Notes: generated by a model from the letters alone, not told the origin. A stretch of DNA of 63,975 bases, filler included, from Candidatus Sysuiplasma jiujiangense (GCA_019721075.1; 6 parts of 6 records of this genome joined end to end with filler, not necessarily neighbours in it), one strand, 5' to 3'. Positions 50,317 to 62,384 are shown, counted from the whole stretch's first letter. Numbers and translations are program-made.

Positions 50317-53286
50317 TTTTCTTCACTTCCTTTCTTTTCAGTATGGTTCTGACGGAATCCAGCAGGTTTCCGTCCTTGTGGTTCTGCATCTTCTCCAGGA
50401 TGTTGCGGGCATCCAGAAGTGTCATTGCCCTGCTTCCAATCTTCACCGGTATTTTGTCTACAACACCGTCAGGAGACCGCATGAATGCATCCTGCTGTGC
50501 AGTGCTCAGGGATGCATATTTAGCTGCAAGATCATAGTTGCTCTGGAGATTTCCCTGTGTGAGTTCAGTCGCTGCTGAGGCAACGAGTGAGTTGTCCACA
50601 GCCTGGGCATCCGTCTTGTCCCTCTTGAGTTTCCTGTTGATGTACCTGATCAGGTATCTCAGTCCGAATGTGCCGATCACCAGGAAGAGCGTCACTATGA
50701 GTGTTACCAGCAGGTTTGAGGCTATGCTCTGCCCGAGCCCGACCCAGAATTGCTCGAATGATTGCAATGGAGACAACGTTTTGGGCTGGATATTCTCAGT
50801 CTGCGTTATTGCGGCATGCACGGGCGATCCGGACAGGTTGAATGATGATACCTCTGCATAAAATGTGTACTGTCCTGTTGGCATTCCGGCAACAGAGAAG
50901 TCTATTGCACCGGCAGAGTAATTTACGGGGGCGTAGGTGTGAATGACAGTGTTGCCCTGCAATACATAGAGAGTGGCGTATGGGAACGCCAGAGCGGTAT
51001 CGGTCAGGTTGAATCTTGTCTGATTGCCGTAGTATAGGTAGAGCGGCACTACGTACGACTGGTTGGTGTTCAGTGAGTTCGATATGCCGAATGCAAGCGA
51101 CATGCCGACGGATACCTTCTGCGGCGAATTGACTGTGAACTGTGATGATGATGCACCTGCATATTTTCCGTATATTACATCGATTTCAGCAGAGAATGAG
51201 CCTGATGATGTAGGCGTCACCGTGTATGTGACAGTGTTCCCCGAAACCGTAGAAGATGAGGTGAAAGACTGAGATGAACCAGTGGAATTCTTCAATACTA
51301 CGAGGATGGTTGAGTTCTTCAGCTTCGCTGAAGGGAAGGATGTGTAGTTGTTGTAGAAGACATTCCATGACAGCGTTTCGGCCTGATTCGTGAGTATCGT
51401 CGGCGTGGATGATGCCTGAACGATCCTGAGACCGTATGTTGTGTTCGCAACCGACTGTGTGTAATTGAGAAGCTGATTTATCTTGGCATCGAACTCAGTC
51501 AGATTCAGAAGAGCCTGCCCGTTGAGGTAGAACTGTTGGTTCGATTTTGAGATGTTAACGTAGAATGTATTCGTCACGTTGTCATGCATGTGAACCGTGT
51601 AATTTCCGGCAAGGAAATATCCTATCCAGTTCTGCCCGACAGAATCTGTGAAATTATAATGTTCAGATGATCCGGTGACATTCAGTGATACATATTCAGT
51701 GGCAAGAGGAGAGTTCTGTGGCAGCTGCTCGTCGTTCTCGATACCCATCCAGTATGACGGCGTGGTGATCGTTTCCGTCAGGGAAGTAAAGGAGGATTGC
51801 AATGTCACGTTTGTTTCAAGAAGGGTCTGATTCAGCAGATCCGCTATCCTTATTTCGTATGTCGATCCCTGATAGCCGGTGAATGTTGTTCCCAGTGTGT
51901 AGGGCTGGTCGTTTATGAACGATTCAACACGTGGATTTCCTGAGTTCGACAGCGTGCCGAGGTTCGAGCCAGAATAGGCATTGACTTCAACCTGAAGCTG
52001 ACCTATCGGGGCTTTAAGGTATATGAGCAATGGCTGGATTGTTTCATCCGTAGTGACTGAACCGGACTTGAACTCCTGCTGCCCTGAAGTTACCGAGTAA
52101 TAGGATGTTGTCCACTGGAAGGTTGTGCCATTGGCAACTATCGCCGAGTTGAAGAAAGATTCGTTGATGCCGTTATGAGCGAGATAAACGTAGTTCGCAG
52201 TGGAATTGAAGAAATCAAACTGCAATTCCGTAACATTGAGAGGTATGGATATTGCCCCTGACTCATTGGCAATAAGGTAATTCGGGACTGAGCCAACCTG
52301 ATCGCCCCATGGGTCAAGAACGCTGATACTGACCGTCGAACCGTAAGGAATCTGAACTAACTGAGATGCTGTTTTTATCGTTGTCGGCGATGACGATCCG
52401 AAGGGTGTCATCGTTATGACGTTGGTGAAATAGTCCACAGGGGCAGTTATGCCCGCTGGCATGATGTATTGTATATTCTGATAAGTGGAATGCCCGATCT
52501 CCGTTGATGGTTCTATTAATGTGACCTGCACGGAGCCGAATCCCTTCACATCTTCTATTGTGATGTAATGCGTTCCATTCTGTATGGGCAGATATGTTGA
52601 GGGATAGATGTTCGAAGGAATCCATGAGGTGTTATAAAGAACGGTTACATAGTTCGTTGATGGTGCAATGGGAATGTTATAGGTCTGGTAGTTGAACGTG
52701 CTGTTGTAGCTTCCCGTTGTCTGCCCCGTGAACGTACTCGATGTTGTGGCATTCGCCTGAAATACCGATCCTGTGCCGATGGTGAAGGTGGGCATTGGAG
52801 ATGGCGTAATAGGTCTGTTCAACGATACCGCTGTTCCATTTACGCTGACTCCGTTCCAGTATGTGACGTACGCAGAACCATAACCATCACCGATAAATCC
52901 CATGTAATTTCCGTCATGAGCAACTGTATAATACGATGTGGCATTCTGCCCATAGGCATTCTGTGAAGCATAAGACCAGTAGCCTATCACTGTGCCATTG
53001 GAATTGAAATGTATTATCCCTTCATACCATGTGCTTGCCGATGGATCAAAGGTGTTTAATGGAGGGCTTCCCCATGATGTCCATGAGGTTGTGGATGCAA
53101 ATTGGCTGTCTGGAGAGCCGCCTCTTGTATCAAATCGCAACATCTGTCCTGCCCCTGCTGAATTTGCATCAAAAAAGACGTCACCAAGCCCATTGCTCCA
53201 TACATAGAATGAAATGTTTGTATTCGTTCCGTAATCCAGCGTTGGCATGTAAATATAATAACCAGAAACAGAATAGGCATAAAATC
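50309..53286 (-). CDS. Giant spike/adhesin, C-terminal part (5'-truncated)
   Basis: Frame stays open to the contig end; beta-rich and sequon-rich; TM near the C-terminus with a ~105-aa cytoplasmic tail; ~100-aa block about 60% identical to 12551..15649. Confidence 0.85.
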
Positions 53287-53656
53287 NNNNNNNNNNNNNN
53301 NNNNNNNNNNNNNNNNNNNNNNNNNNNNNNTTAATTAATTAANNNNNNNNNNNNNNNNNNNNNNNNNNNNNNNNNNNNNNNNNNNNCCTCCGAATTGCCG
53401 ACAAGTTAGAACTTTCTTCAGGAATGATTGACAGATCGGAAGAATACTTTGGGAAAGGGAAACTGAAGATCTATGTTCTGTCAAAGGAATACGTCTTCCT
53501 TTTGAAATATGCATTTTCGTTATTTATAATGGAAGAACCGGGCGTCTTCCCTGTCCTTCCGTCCATGATTCACAAAATAAGGGAACCGATGACAGTGAAT
53601 GCGGCAAAGCCGAAAAGTGCAGGTGCGGCAAATTTCTTCGAAGTGCCACCGAATGC

Positions 53657-53899
53657 ATGATTTTTTGAAAGGATTTCATCAACTATTTTTATTTCTCTGA
53701 CCTTCCAGAAGGACTTATCATGTGTCAGAAAAGCGTCCGATCCAGCCGCCTTCACCGTGGCGAGAATTGCGCAGTCTCCTGAACCCAAACTCATGCGGTC
53801 ATAAACAGACAGGAAATTGATTGAAGTGCATAATTGCTGATGTGAAATTTCATTTCCCATGGGACAAAACGACGTGTAAGGCTTTCGATTATGTTTCAA
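53657..53899 (-). pseudogene. PIN/VapC toxin fragment
   Basis: LGSGDCAILAT....DAFLTHDKSF C-terminal PIN motif; no intact N-terminus. Confidence 0.6.
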
Positions 53900-54034
53900 T
53901 CAACTATCCTTGAAGCCGCTTCCTGACCAATCTGCAGGAACAATCTATTGCAAAGTCGGAGTGGATTCGTGCCTGGCTGTCCTGTTCCGGATTAGCCGTA
54001 CATTTCCAATGCCGTCCATCCGATTTTCCGCTTT

Positions 54035-55471
54035 TCAATTTTTGTAAAGCTCCTGTTCCACATCCTGAAGTCTCATCAAGACCACATCGTCGGAAGTCTC
54101 AGGCGGGATTCTCCTGAATCCTCCTCTGGAGAAAACCGCATATGTGTATTTGTTCCCGGGATACAGCTTTCTCAGCGTTTCTGATTTCCTCTTTAGATCT
54201 TCAACCACGCTCATCGTTACCGGACTGTTTGTCCACTTGCATTCTGCGAAAAGCAATTCCCTTCTTGTTTCGGAATACGCGACAATATCAATCTCTTCGA
54301 TGTCCCTCCCTTTCTTTCCACTCCCATTCCTGCCCCACCACCTGGAAACTGTGCCGAATGATCTGCCCAGTATTCCTTCCGCTATGAGTTCCTTCATTAA
54401 TTTCTCAAACTGCCCGCCTGCAAAGGAGGGGAAATCAGCCTTTATGCTGTGAAGTACCTCCTCGGTGCGAGAACTCTCAATTTCACTCCTGTGTGGCAAT
54501 ACGTACCGGAACCAGAATTTCAGATACTGGTCAGATATCCGGTATAACCTTCTCTTGAATTTTTCAGAAGCTCCGAACGGTTTTTCCGGAATGATGAGGC
54601 CCAAGGACATTAGCACATCCAGATATTTTGACACCATGCTCTTGTCCAGACCGGAATAGGCACATATCTCCCCCAATGAGTGATTCCCGCAGGAGATTGA
54701 TCTGAGAATCAGCATATAGTTCCTTGGCTCCCTGAATTCAGTCCGAAGGAGGAATTCTGCCTCCTCATAGAGGGAGGCACCCTTTGAAAGCATGTTCCTC
54801 GACACGTTTTTCCAGAATTCCAAATTCGAATCAAGTTTCAGGAGATATTCCGGTACCCCGCCGAACACGAAATATGTCCTGCACATATCTTCAAAACCGT
54901 AATTCACGAATTCGCGCAGGTGTCTGAACTTCAGGGGGCCCAGCTGCAACTGGCCTGTTCTTCTTCCGTAAAGAGGACTTCTGACGGATAGAACTTCATT
55001 CTCCATCATGCTGATTGAAGAGCCTGAAAGAACCAGCATTACGTTCATCTGTCCGAGCAGAGAGTCGTATATTTTCTGGAAAATCGATGGTATGGCCCTG
55101 TTGGCCTCAATGAGATACGGGAACTCATCTATGGCTATTATGATCTTAGATCTCTTTGCCCTCGCCTGAAATGAACTGCTTGAAACCAGAACGGAAAAGA
55201 AGGAGTGCCAGTCATCAAAGTTAGCCATAAGAATGCTGTCATCATCAAGAAACTTTGAGATGACCGCCTTGAAGCCCCTGATGTTTTCCCTGTCTCCCTC
55301 AGATGTTGCAAGAAAATATACTCCCCTGTCACCTACGAAATTGCTGATCAATTCGGTCTTTCCCACCCTTCTTCTTCCGTAGAGAACGAATAGCGATGAG
55401 CCACCCGCTGAGTAGACATCTTCCATGATTTTCATTTCCTCAACCCTGTTTACAAACTTGTGTTGAGACAT
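54035..55471 (-). CDS. Archaeal AAA+ ATPase with DUF234 and PD-(D/E)XK C-terminus
   Basis: FVNR..E, YGRRRVGKT, IDEFPY, SPLYGRRT, EIDIVA..ECKW. Confidence 0.93.
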   Translation of the reverse strand: MSQHKFVNRVEEMKIMEDVYSAGGSSLFVLYGRRRVGKTELISNFVGDRGVYFLATSEGDRENIRGFKAVISKFLDDDSILMANFDDWHSFFSVLVSSSSFQARAKRSKIIIAIDEFPYLIEANRAIPSIFQKIYDSLLGQMNVMLVLSGSSISMMENEVLSVRSPLYGRRTGQLQLGPLKFRHLREFVNYGFEDMCRTYFVFGGVPEYLLKLDSNLEFWKNVSRNMLSKGASLYEEAEFLLRTEFREPRNYMLILRSISCGNHSLGEICAYSGLDKSMVSKYLDVLMSLGLIIPEKPFGASEKFKRRLYRISDQYLKFWFRYVLPHRSEIESSRTEEVLHSIKADFPSFAGGQFEKLMKELIAEGILGRSFGTVSRWWGRNGSGKKGRDIEEIDIVAYSETRRELLFAECKWTNSPVTMSVVEDLKRKSETLRKLYPGNKYTYAVFSRGGFRRIPPETSDDVVLMRLQDVEQELYKN

Positions 55472-56179
55472 AAGTATTATACTTTACTCACAACTAATAT
55501 TTATGTGTATCCGGTATGAATTCACCGAATTCAATATCAGCGGAGCATCCCTTCAAAACTTCAATCAAATCCCGTCCCATCCAGCGGTCACTGATATTCC
55601 TCTGGCGATCAGGTCGAACAGCGCATTCTTGATTCTTCGCCAATCCACAAACGTATCCGTTGCCGCTCACTGGCTGGTGAGCCCGTTCATGGTGGCTATG
55701 AGGACGGTCGCGACGGATTCGACATCCAGCCAGCCCCGAACTCCCCGTTCGCAATTCCCTCTTTTATGACCGATACGGGAATTCCATGTATCCTGCTGTC
55801 CAGCGCGTAGAGGAGCCTGTCCGAATTTTCCAGCCTTTAAGATGCCGACACCCCGGGTGGCATAATGCAGGTGAAAAGCTCATTGCTTATGAATATGCCA
55901 ACTAGCCGGTTTTTTTCAGTCTGACAAAAAAAGAAATGGTGGGAATCCGAATGCACCCATGAACCCGCAGGCCACAGAACGCTGACCAGTCTTGCTGCGG
56001 TCTACCCTGAAGCGGAGTATGAGTATTGACCGTCAATAGATCATATGTCGGGGAAACGGAAAGATGACTGAATGCTGGCAGCCGTGAGGAATGGCACCAC
56101 ATGGGCAAGACTTCGAAACGTTTGTCAGGTAGCGAGAAAGGCAGACTTCCCAAGCTGAAGACCTTCAGGAGGGAAGAGT

Positions 56180-56440
56180 GTGACCGTTCTCTTTGACAGT
56201 TCAGTCTGGATTGAATACTGGAAGGGCGGCGGATATGCCGATGCGGCAGCCCAGTATATTGAAGGACATGAAAGAGCACTTCCGTCAACAATCAATGTGG
56301 CTGAGGTTCACTATTGGATAGCAGGAACATATGGTGAAGAAGAGGCAAATGAGAGAGTCGCTTCAATTGAGAGAAGATGCCATTTGCTTCCGGTGTCAAA
56401 GGAAATTGCGATTGACAAATCCCGACTTAAACAGAAATAG
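56180..56440 (+). pseudogene. vapC: VapC PIN toxin, C-terminally truncated
   Basis: VLFDSSVWIEY...STINVAEV; premature stop before the DSLI motif. Confidence 0.7.
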
Positions 56441-56444
56441 GATT

Positions 56445-57491
56445 TCAGCTTGCCTCATTCACTCTCTTCAGAACATTCAGTGCCCTGAGCGTGACCCATC
56501 TGCTGGGCTGCCCCTCTCTCTCGATCACAAGTGGTGTATGTACTGCTTTGGTCTTACCGTATTTTGCATATACGTCAGGATGGTTCCTGTCAATATTCCA
56601 TCTCCCATCCCTCCTCCTCTTGCCGGTAAGTATCTCAAGCGCGGGAAGAATACGTCTGTCGCCTGCATACCCGAAGCCAGTAACAATATCCAGACCCACC
56701 AGTATGTCATAGTAGTAGTGATTGGGGTAGTGAAACCTGAACCATGGCCCATATTTGCCCTTGCCTTCCCTGAAGAGATTCCGTTGCAGATAGAACTCCA
56801 CCCCCCTGGCAATAGAGTCCTTTACTGCCTGTGTTTTCATGCTTTCAGGGAGGGAGGCAAATGCCGCGAGCGCCTCCCATGAGTCGAGTGTGCCGCGACT
56901 GCTTTCATAGCAGTTCCATCCGCCATCCTGCTTCTGGTCCTCAAGAAGGCGTGCGTAGAGCTTCCTGACCCTCCAGTCATCAGCATAGCCGAACCTTGTG
57001 AGCATGCGAGCCATGTTGCCGACTATGCAGACCTCCTCGTTGAATATGTTGATAGGCATGCCTGTCTTCATCTTGTACCTGAACATGACGTCCGCAACCT
57101 TTCTGATGCCGGGATGTGATTTGGTCGCGCCCATTTCAGACAGGACGAGTGCAATCCAGTTGGTGGAGTGGAATTTGGGGTAGTAGGTGAAATTCATCCA
57201 TTCTTTCAGTGTTTCGTAAGTTGGTTCCCCAGGCTCGCTTTTCTCCCAGTAACCTCCGGGTTTCTGCTTCCTGAGCAGTTCGGCTGCCCATCCCCTCCTT
57301 GTGATCATTCTCTTTGCCCTGAGAACCTCCGAATCATTTTCGCCGTAATCCAGAAGATTGACAAGAGCCTGATATCTTATGGAGGGCTGTTTCTCCTCCA
57401 AAAGCCAGTTCATTACGCTATCTTCCTGTTCCTTCGACTCAAACATCTTCAATTGGTATTCAACTCCTTTTAAACAGGGGCAGACAAACAA
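56445..57491 (-). CDS. Prenyltransferase/squalene-cyclase-like (alpha/alpha barrel) protein
   Basis: QKPGGYW, QKQDGGWNC, FHYPNHYYYDIL, PSRWVTLRAL. Confidence 0.75.
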   Translation of the reverse strand: MFVCPCLKGVEYQLKMFESKEQEDSVMNWLLEEKQPSIRYQALVNLLDYGENDSEVLRAKRMITRRGWAAELLRKQKPGGYWEKSEPGEPTYETLKEWMNFTYYPKFHSTNWIALVLSEMGATKSHPGIRKVADVMFRYKMKTGMPINIFNEEVCIVGNMARMLTRFGYADDWRVRKLYARLLEDQKQDGGWNCYESSRGTLDSWEALAAFASLPESMKTQAVKDSIARGVEFYLQRNLFREGKGKYGPWFRFHYPNHYYYDILVGLDIVTGFGYAGDRRILPALEILTGKRRRDGRWNIDRNHPDVYAKYGKTKAVHTPLVIEREGQPSRWVTLRALNVLKRVNEAS

Positions 57492-57590
57492 AAAAATGCT
57501 GCTTATCCTCCCACGTCTTTAGAATAACATTCATTGCCTGCCAGAATATAATTTACTTTCCCTGCATATGCCAAATTCTCTCGTGTGCCG

Positions 57591-57816
57591 TCACTGTTTG
57601 AATGCATTCAAAGAAGGGGATGGAGACGTTTCCATCAGGAAGGCGTGTTTCATTGCCATGCGATGTCTTCTGTTGTTGCCTTTTTCAGGCATACTGATCT
57701 CACACCTCTTGAATGTCGTATTTCGCAATCGTCCTGCGGTTTATGAAGAAAGCTATATATGGGGTAGCAGGCAATAAAAGCATAATGCAGGAACGTAACA
57801 GGCTTAGGAAAATCGC
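57591..57816 (+). repeat. Dispersed repeat, copy 2
   Basis: Aligns with 35501-35727. Confidence 0.9.
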
Positions 57817-57979
57817 CGCATTCCTTGCGTTGACAGGTGCGGGCTTCTACGTTTCTCAGATTTTTAATAGCAGTCCTCTGGCTATAATCACTTCGGCATT
57901 TGGCAGCGCGTGTTTGATTGGATCATTTTTTCTGTTCCTCGAATCTGTGAAAGTCGGCAGGAGAAAGATCGGCGATTGA
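57785..57979 (+). CDS. Small two-TM protein
   Basis: MQERNRLRKIAAFLAL...; TATA-like TATATA about 28 nt upstream. Confidence 0.55.
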   Translation: MQERNRLRKIAAFLALTGAGFYVSQIFNSSPLAIITSAFGSACLIGSFFLFLESVKVGRRKIGD

Positions 57980-58109
57980 GCAGCGATTTGATCGGAACGT
58001 ATGCTCTTGACGCGATATGGTGTGCCTAAGATACGACATATTGGACTGAATTAGCTTCAGGTTAATGACAAAGTAATCCTCATTCCCCGCCAGACTCACA
58101 TAGGAAAGA

Positions 58110-58259
58110 GGTAGTGTACAGCGTTTTCTGTGAATTCTCTCAGACCGCGTGCCTTTGGTGCCTTCACTGCATGAGTTAGGAGACTTAAACATGAAAACAC
58201 AAGGCAACGACATGGGTGAATTGAAAGATATGATGCTGAATTTCCTGAGCAAGGCGTAA
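58110..58259 (+). mobile_element. IS256 left-end remnant
   Basis: TIR GGTAGTGTACAGCGTTTTCTGTGAATTC (27/28 identical to the reverse complement of 35076-35103) followed by an MKTQG stub. Confidence 0.8.
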
Positions 58260-58314
58260 ATTGTATGGTAAAAATGATAATATGCGGTATAAGATATACA
58301 ATAATTGCAATTGC

Positions 58315-58539
58315 ATGACAGAAAGCATAATTGTCAGGGTTGATAAACAGACAAAGGCCAAATTGAGGAAATACAAGATCAATATGAGCAAGTCGATCAG
58401 GGAGTTTCTGAAGTCGGAAATCGCAGCGAGAGAAGAGGAAGAACTGGCTTCGCTCCTTGAAAAATCAAGAAAGATACTCTCTAAAATGTCCGATGAAGAA
58501 ATTGTCATGGCAGTCAGGTCTGCGAGGTATGGAAGGTGA
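58315..58539 (+). CDS. vapB: VapB-type RHH antitoxin
   Basis: IIVRVDKQTKAKLRKYKINMS..IREFL; overlaps the toxin start. Confidence 0.75.
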   Translation: MTESIIVRVDKQTKAKLRKYKINMSKSIREFLKSEIAAREEEELASLLEKSRKILSKMSDEEIVMAVRSARYGR

Positions 58540-59008
58540 AGACTGTCGCGGATGCAAGCTCGCTGTTACTGATGATAAAACATCTCAATCCACTGGACTG
58601 GATCTCAATTGCAAAATAACTCATGGTCCTGGACCTTTCGGCATATGAAGCCAGCAACGCGTTGTGGAACGCGGTAAGGCTACGGAAAAACCTTGGCAGT
58701 AAGGAAGCAATCCTGATCACAAAATAATGTTTGTTTTCCTTTATCACTGTTCAACGGTACACCTGTAGGATTTGCACTATGAGACAATAATGGATATCAC
58801 GCTCGAAAATAGGCCGACCTATTATGATGCGTCCTATCTTTATGCGGCTGCTTCCATGAAATTGCCTCTCACTACAAAGAGCAGAAAGCTCAGAGAAGCA
58901 GGTCCCGAAGGGTCTGTTACCATCTCATGGAGTGAATTCCTGGAAAAGAGTGGATTCCGACTCCGAGGTGATTGCGAGAAGTCGTTCCAACATGATGACT
59001 ATACATGA
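58536..59008 (+). pseudogene. vapC: VapC PIN toxin pseudogene
   Basis: VADASS, YEASNALW, TYYDASYL motifs interrupted by in-frame stops. Confidence 0.75.
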
Positions 59009-59224
59009 CAGAGCTGTTACTGATAAGTGCGAATATTATGATATGGCACGCACACAGGAAAGCTGGTCTCATATGAATTTATAAGAAACCTTCTGATATT
59101 GCCATGCAATCACTGAATGGGGCGTCGACTGAATAATTTTATTTCTTTTCCCAATGGGAAGATCGAGCAATTTCTAGAAAAATCGCCACCGGGAACAGCG
59201 AGTCCGGCACGCAGCGCTCTGTCT

Positions 59225-59644
59225 TCAGCCATAGATTTGAATCAGTCCTTCAACTTCGTTCTTTGAAATTGGGTTCACGACATGCCACTTGTCGGCAAGT
59301 TTGCTGACTTCCGGGCTCTGAGGCACGCTGAAGCGAAGCATTTTCACCTTCTCAGGGACGGGTTTCAATTTGCCAGAAATGCTGGTCTTTCCCACCAGTG
59401 ATGAAAGAAAGCCGATTATATTCTGCTTCCTGGCTCGTTTTGCTATATCCACCGCGTCTGAATCCTTCACTTTCCCTGTTTTGATCAATGCAGCGGCGGC
59501 AGCTACTTTTCTTGGTTCACCGCTCTCAGAGGCCCATAGAACCAGTCCCTTGGGTGACATAAACGATCCATCTGTCGTCACTATCGGATTCTCATATAAC
59601 AATGGAGAGTCGTTAACGACAACCTCAAAGGCTTTTGTTTCCAC
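59225..59644 (-). CDS. Hypothetical protein
   Basis: 139-aa ORF; function not recognised. Confidence 0.45.
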   Translation of the reverse strand: METKAFEVVVNDSPLLYENPIVTTDGSFMSPKGLVLWASESGEPRKVAAAAALIKTGKVKDSDAVDIAKRARKQNIIGFLSSLVGKTSISGKLKPVPEKVKMLRFSVPQSPEVSKLADKWHVVNPISKNEVEGLIQIYG

Positions 59645-60218
59645 AGGTTTCCTGGAAAGAATATCGTCAGGTCCGACGAACGCTATCCCCAGCCTTGCAA
59701 ACGAACTCCTCGGACCCTAGAGTACGCCACTTTCGGAGTGCATCTTAAAGAACGGGCCGTCTGCAGGAATTCAACATCAAACCTTCCGCAATGCCGATAC
59801 CTGGAACTTAACGACTGTCGTACAGAGCAGCGGTCAGTCAGTAGAATATAGCAATTATCTATTTTCATCAGAAAATCTTTATGCTGCAATTCAACTTCAC
59901 GCGTGCGAATGTTCTCGGAATATCCGGATAATGATACAATAGGCAGGATACTCGATGATATACCTTTCAACGTCGAGAGAATCATGACACCATGGAGCAA
60001 AGTAATCAAAGTCAGATCGGACTAGAACAGAGAAAAGGTAAAAGAATTGATTCAAGAAATGGGCAAAGAAAGAATCGATCTAATAGTTGTTACCAATGGA
60101 CAGTGTACCATGTCTGCTGTAATTTCCTGATCCTGTACACTATTTGATGTAGCATTATATTTAACAATGTCGTATAAAATAATTTTTTATATTTTAATCC
60201 TATTTCGACTCGATTAAC

Positions 60219-60500
60219 ATGGACGTGATTATGTTAATTAAGGCCAAGAGATTGCCGACAAAGAAGGAATCTGAAGAAGCACAGAGGATTTCAGATGAGG
60301 CTGTAAGGAAAGGAGCAAAGATTGAGATTTACAGGACATACGGAACATATGACACAATAGCAATTGTCAAGGGCCAGGATGAAGGCGAAGAGACTTATCT
60401 TAGGTATCTTCACACTGTCAAGGAATGGGCAGACGTTCAAACACAAGTGGTCATCGATAGTGAACTCTACAGTAGAGTAAGCAAGGATTACATAAAATAA
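60219..60500 (+). CDS. GYD-domain protein
   Basis: IYRTYGTYDTIAIV motif; TATA upstream. Confidence 0.75.
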   Translation: MDVIMLIKAKRLPTKKESEEAQRISDEAVRKGAKIEIYRTYGTYDTIAIVKGQDEGEETYLRYLHTVKEWADVQTQVVIDSELYSRVSKDYIK

Positions 60501-60599
60501 GCTGATGCTCTCGCTGCGAGATAACAAAAAGTTAACTTCTTACAGTTACGGCGGTGACAACTGAGCATTTACTGTCCTATAATCGCCCTCAACGAGCGA

Positions 60600-61045
60600 T
60601 GACAGGACGGTGGATATGAAGCCCTGTTCCCTCTTACTGCATCTGCTATATACGGACATTATGCATTCGGGCGCACGTGTCCCGCTCCATGTCCTTCCTC
60701 TGCCGCTTACCTTTCGGCGGAATAAACCTTGCTGAATGCATTCTCTGCCAGGTTGTTGTGATATGGAACGCCTCTTTGTCTGAGGAATGTGAATAAAATG
60801 TCAAACCTCCTTCTCAGCTCGACAGCTATGTGTGCATCATCCCCGTCCGTCCATCCAACTGCAGGCAGGTCGGACAGTTACCTACCGGCGATTGTGAACG
60901 CCATTTTCCTTGTATGGTCCGATTTGTCCGTTGCATGTACGGCCGATGACGGTATGTGCCTTATGCCGCTGTCCAGCAGGAACTGCTGGAACACTGACGC
61001 ACTGTCTGGATGGTTGCTGTAGAACTGCGAACCCCTGTCTGTGTT
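60600..61045 (-). pseudogene. IS66-family transposase C-terminal remnant
   Basis: Minus-strand LFTFLRQRGVPYHNNLAENA then frameshifted RKVSG.GRTWSG...IMSV. Confidence 0.7.
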
Positions 61046-61428
61046 NNNNNNNNNNNNNNNNNNNNNNNNNNNNNNNNNNNNNNNNNNNNTTAATTAATTA
61101 ANNNNNNNNNNNNNNNNNNNNNNNNNNNNNNNNNNNNNNNNNNNNTCCGTCCATCCTAACAAGTTCATCTACAACATGCAGATATACAGGGGCTTCCTGA
61201 ATGACCTTTTCTCCGGGAAGTTTTACGAGAAATTTGAGGCCATCCAGAAGATAGAAGAGGGCCAGCAGCAGATACTCAAGAAGCACCAGGAGCTTTCGCT
61301 CGAGCAGACTCAGAGAACTGATGAATCCATATCCCAGGTCATAGAGATGGTCCAGAAGATGTCAGTCCAGTTCTATTCTTCACTGAACGACCTCAAGTCC
61401 GCTATAATCTCAAATTGGAGGCCCTAAA

Positions 61429-62346
61429 ATGAAATCCAGATTTCTCAGTTATGGTGCAGGGATGCAGACATTTGCTCTGCTTGTGATGGCAGAGCAGGGT
61501 GATATACAGATAGATGAGGTTGTCTTTGCCGATACTGGCGGGGAACATCCGGAAACGTATGCCCACATAGAGAAGGTTGCAAAGCCGATATGCGATAGAA
61601 TGGGAATACCATTCATAACAGTAAGGATGAGAAAAACAGTCACGGATATTACAACATTGCATGGTGATGCTCTCATAGATTACAAAAACATGTTGAAGCA
61701 AACCGAAGATCTATCCAGAAAAGACAAGGCAGCCATACGAGACCATGAGAATGAAAAGTATCATGTTCACCAGAAGGTTGTAACCAGTCTGAGAGATGAG
61801 ATAATCGCAAGGAGACGGTTGCCAAGCATAAACCCGCAGTCGAGGTGGTGCACCTCGGACAGCAAGTTGATACCGATTCATAGGGACTATATCCGAGAAG
61901 AACAGGTAAAAGGGAATTACATGAAGCCATGTGTTGCCGTCATCGGCCTTGGTTATGAGGAACTGACAAGAATGTATAAACCTCATCTTGCAGAATATAC
62001 CGTTGAATATCCGTTGATTGACAGAAAGATGACCCGAAAGGATTGCGTAAAATACGTCACCGATCATGGTTATGAAAGTCCACCTAAATCTGGATGCTAT
62101 TTCTGTCCGTTCCAATCCGAGAAGCAATGGGGAATCCTGTATAGAAATCATCCAGATCTCTACTGGGATGCTGTCAGTTTGGAAGAATCAGACCTGAACT
62201 TTCCGACATACAAATTGAATCCGAAAGGCGTATCACTTCGGAAACTTGCAGAGTATTTTTCGCTGACAATGCAGACAACGCTTGACGATACCCATGACGT
62301 GCATGATGAGATGGGTTGTGAACAGGCAGGATATTGCGGGGTGTGA
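61429..62346 (+). CDS. PAPS-reductase-like (PP-loop) protein, virus type
   Basis: LSYGAGMQT, VFADTGGEHPETY, RWCT..K, PPKSGCYFCP, C-terminal CxxxxxC. Confidence 0.85.
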   Translation: MKSRFLSYGAGMQTFALLVMAEQGDIQIDEVVFADTGGEHPETYAHIEKVAKPICDRMGIPFITVRMRKTVTDITTLHGDALIDYKNMLKQTEDLSRKDKAAIRDHENEKYHVHQKVVTSLRDEIIARRRLPSINPQSRWCTSDSKLIPIHRDYIREEQVKGNYMKPCVAVIGLGYEELTRMYKPHLAEYTVEYPLIDRKMTRKDCVKYVTDHGYESPPKSGCYFCPFQSEKQWGILYRNHPDLYWDAVSLEESDLNFPTYKLNPKGVSLRKLAEYFSLTMQTTLDDTHDVHDEMGCEQAGYCGV

Positions 62347-62384
62347 GATGACAACAGAAGAAAACCTGAAGGCAGTCTGCTACC

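Larger units (their letters stand above)
43590..53286. mobile_element. Archaeal virus or provirus contig B (morphogenesis module plus integrase)
   Basis: Spike homologous to contig A, TM proteins, P-loop ATPase, tyrosine recombinase, basic microproteins. Confidence 0.88.

Noticed and set aside
12551..53286. Joining contigs A and B as one viral genome through the spike gene
   Set aside because: The overlapping ~100 aa are only about 60% identical, so these are related but distinct sequences
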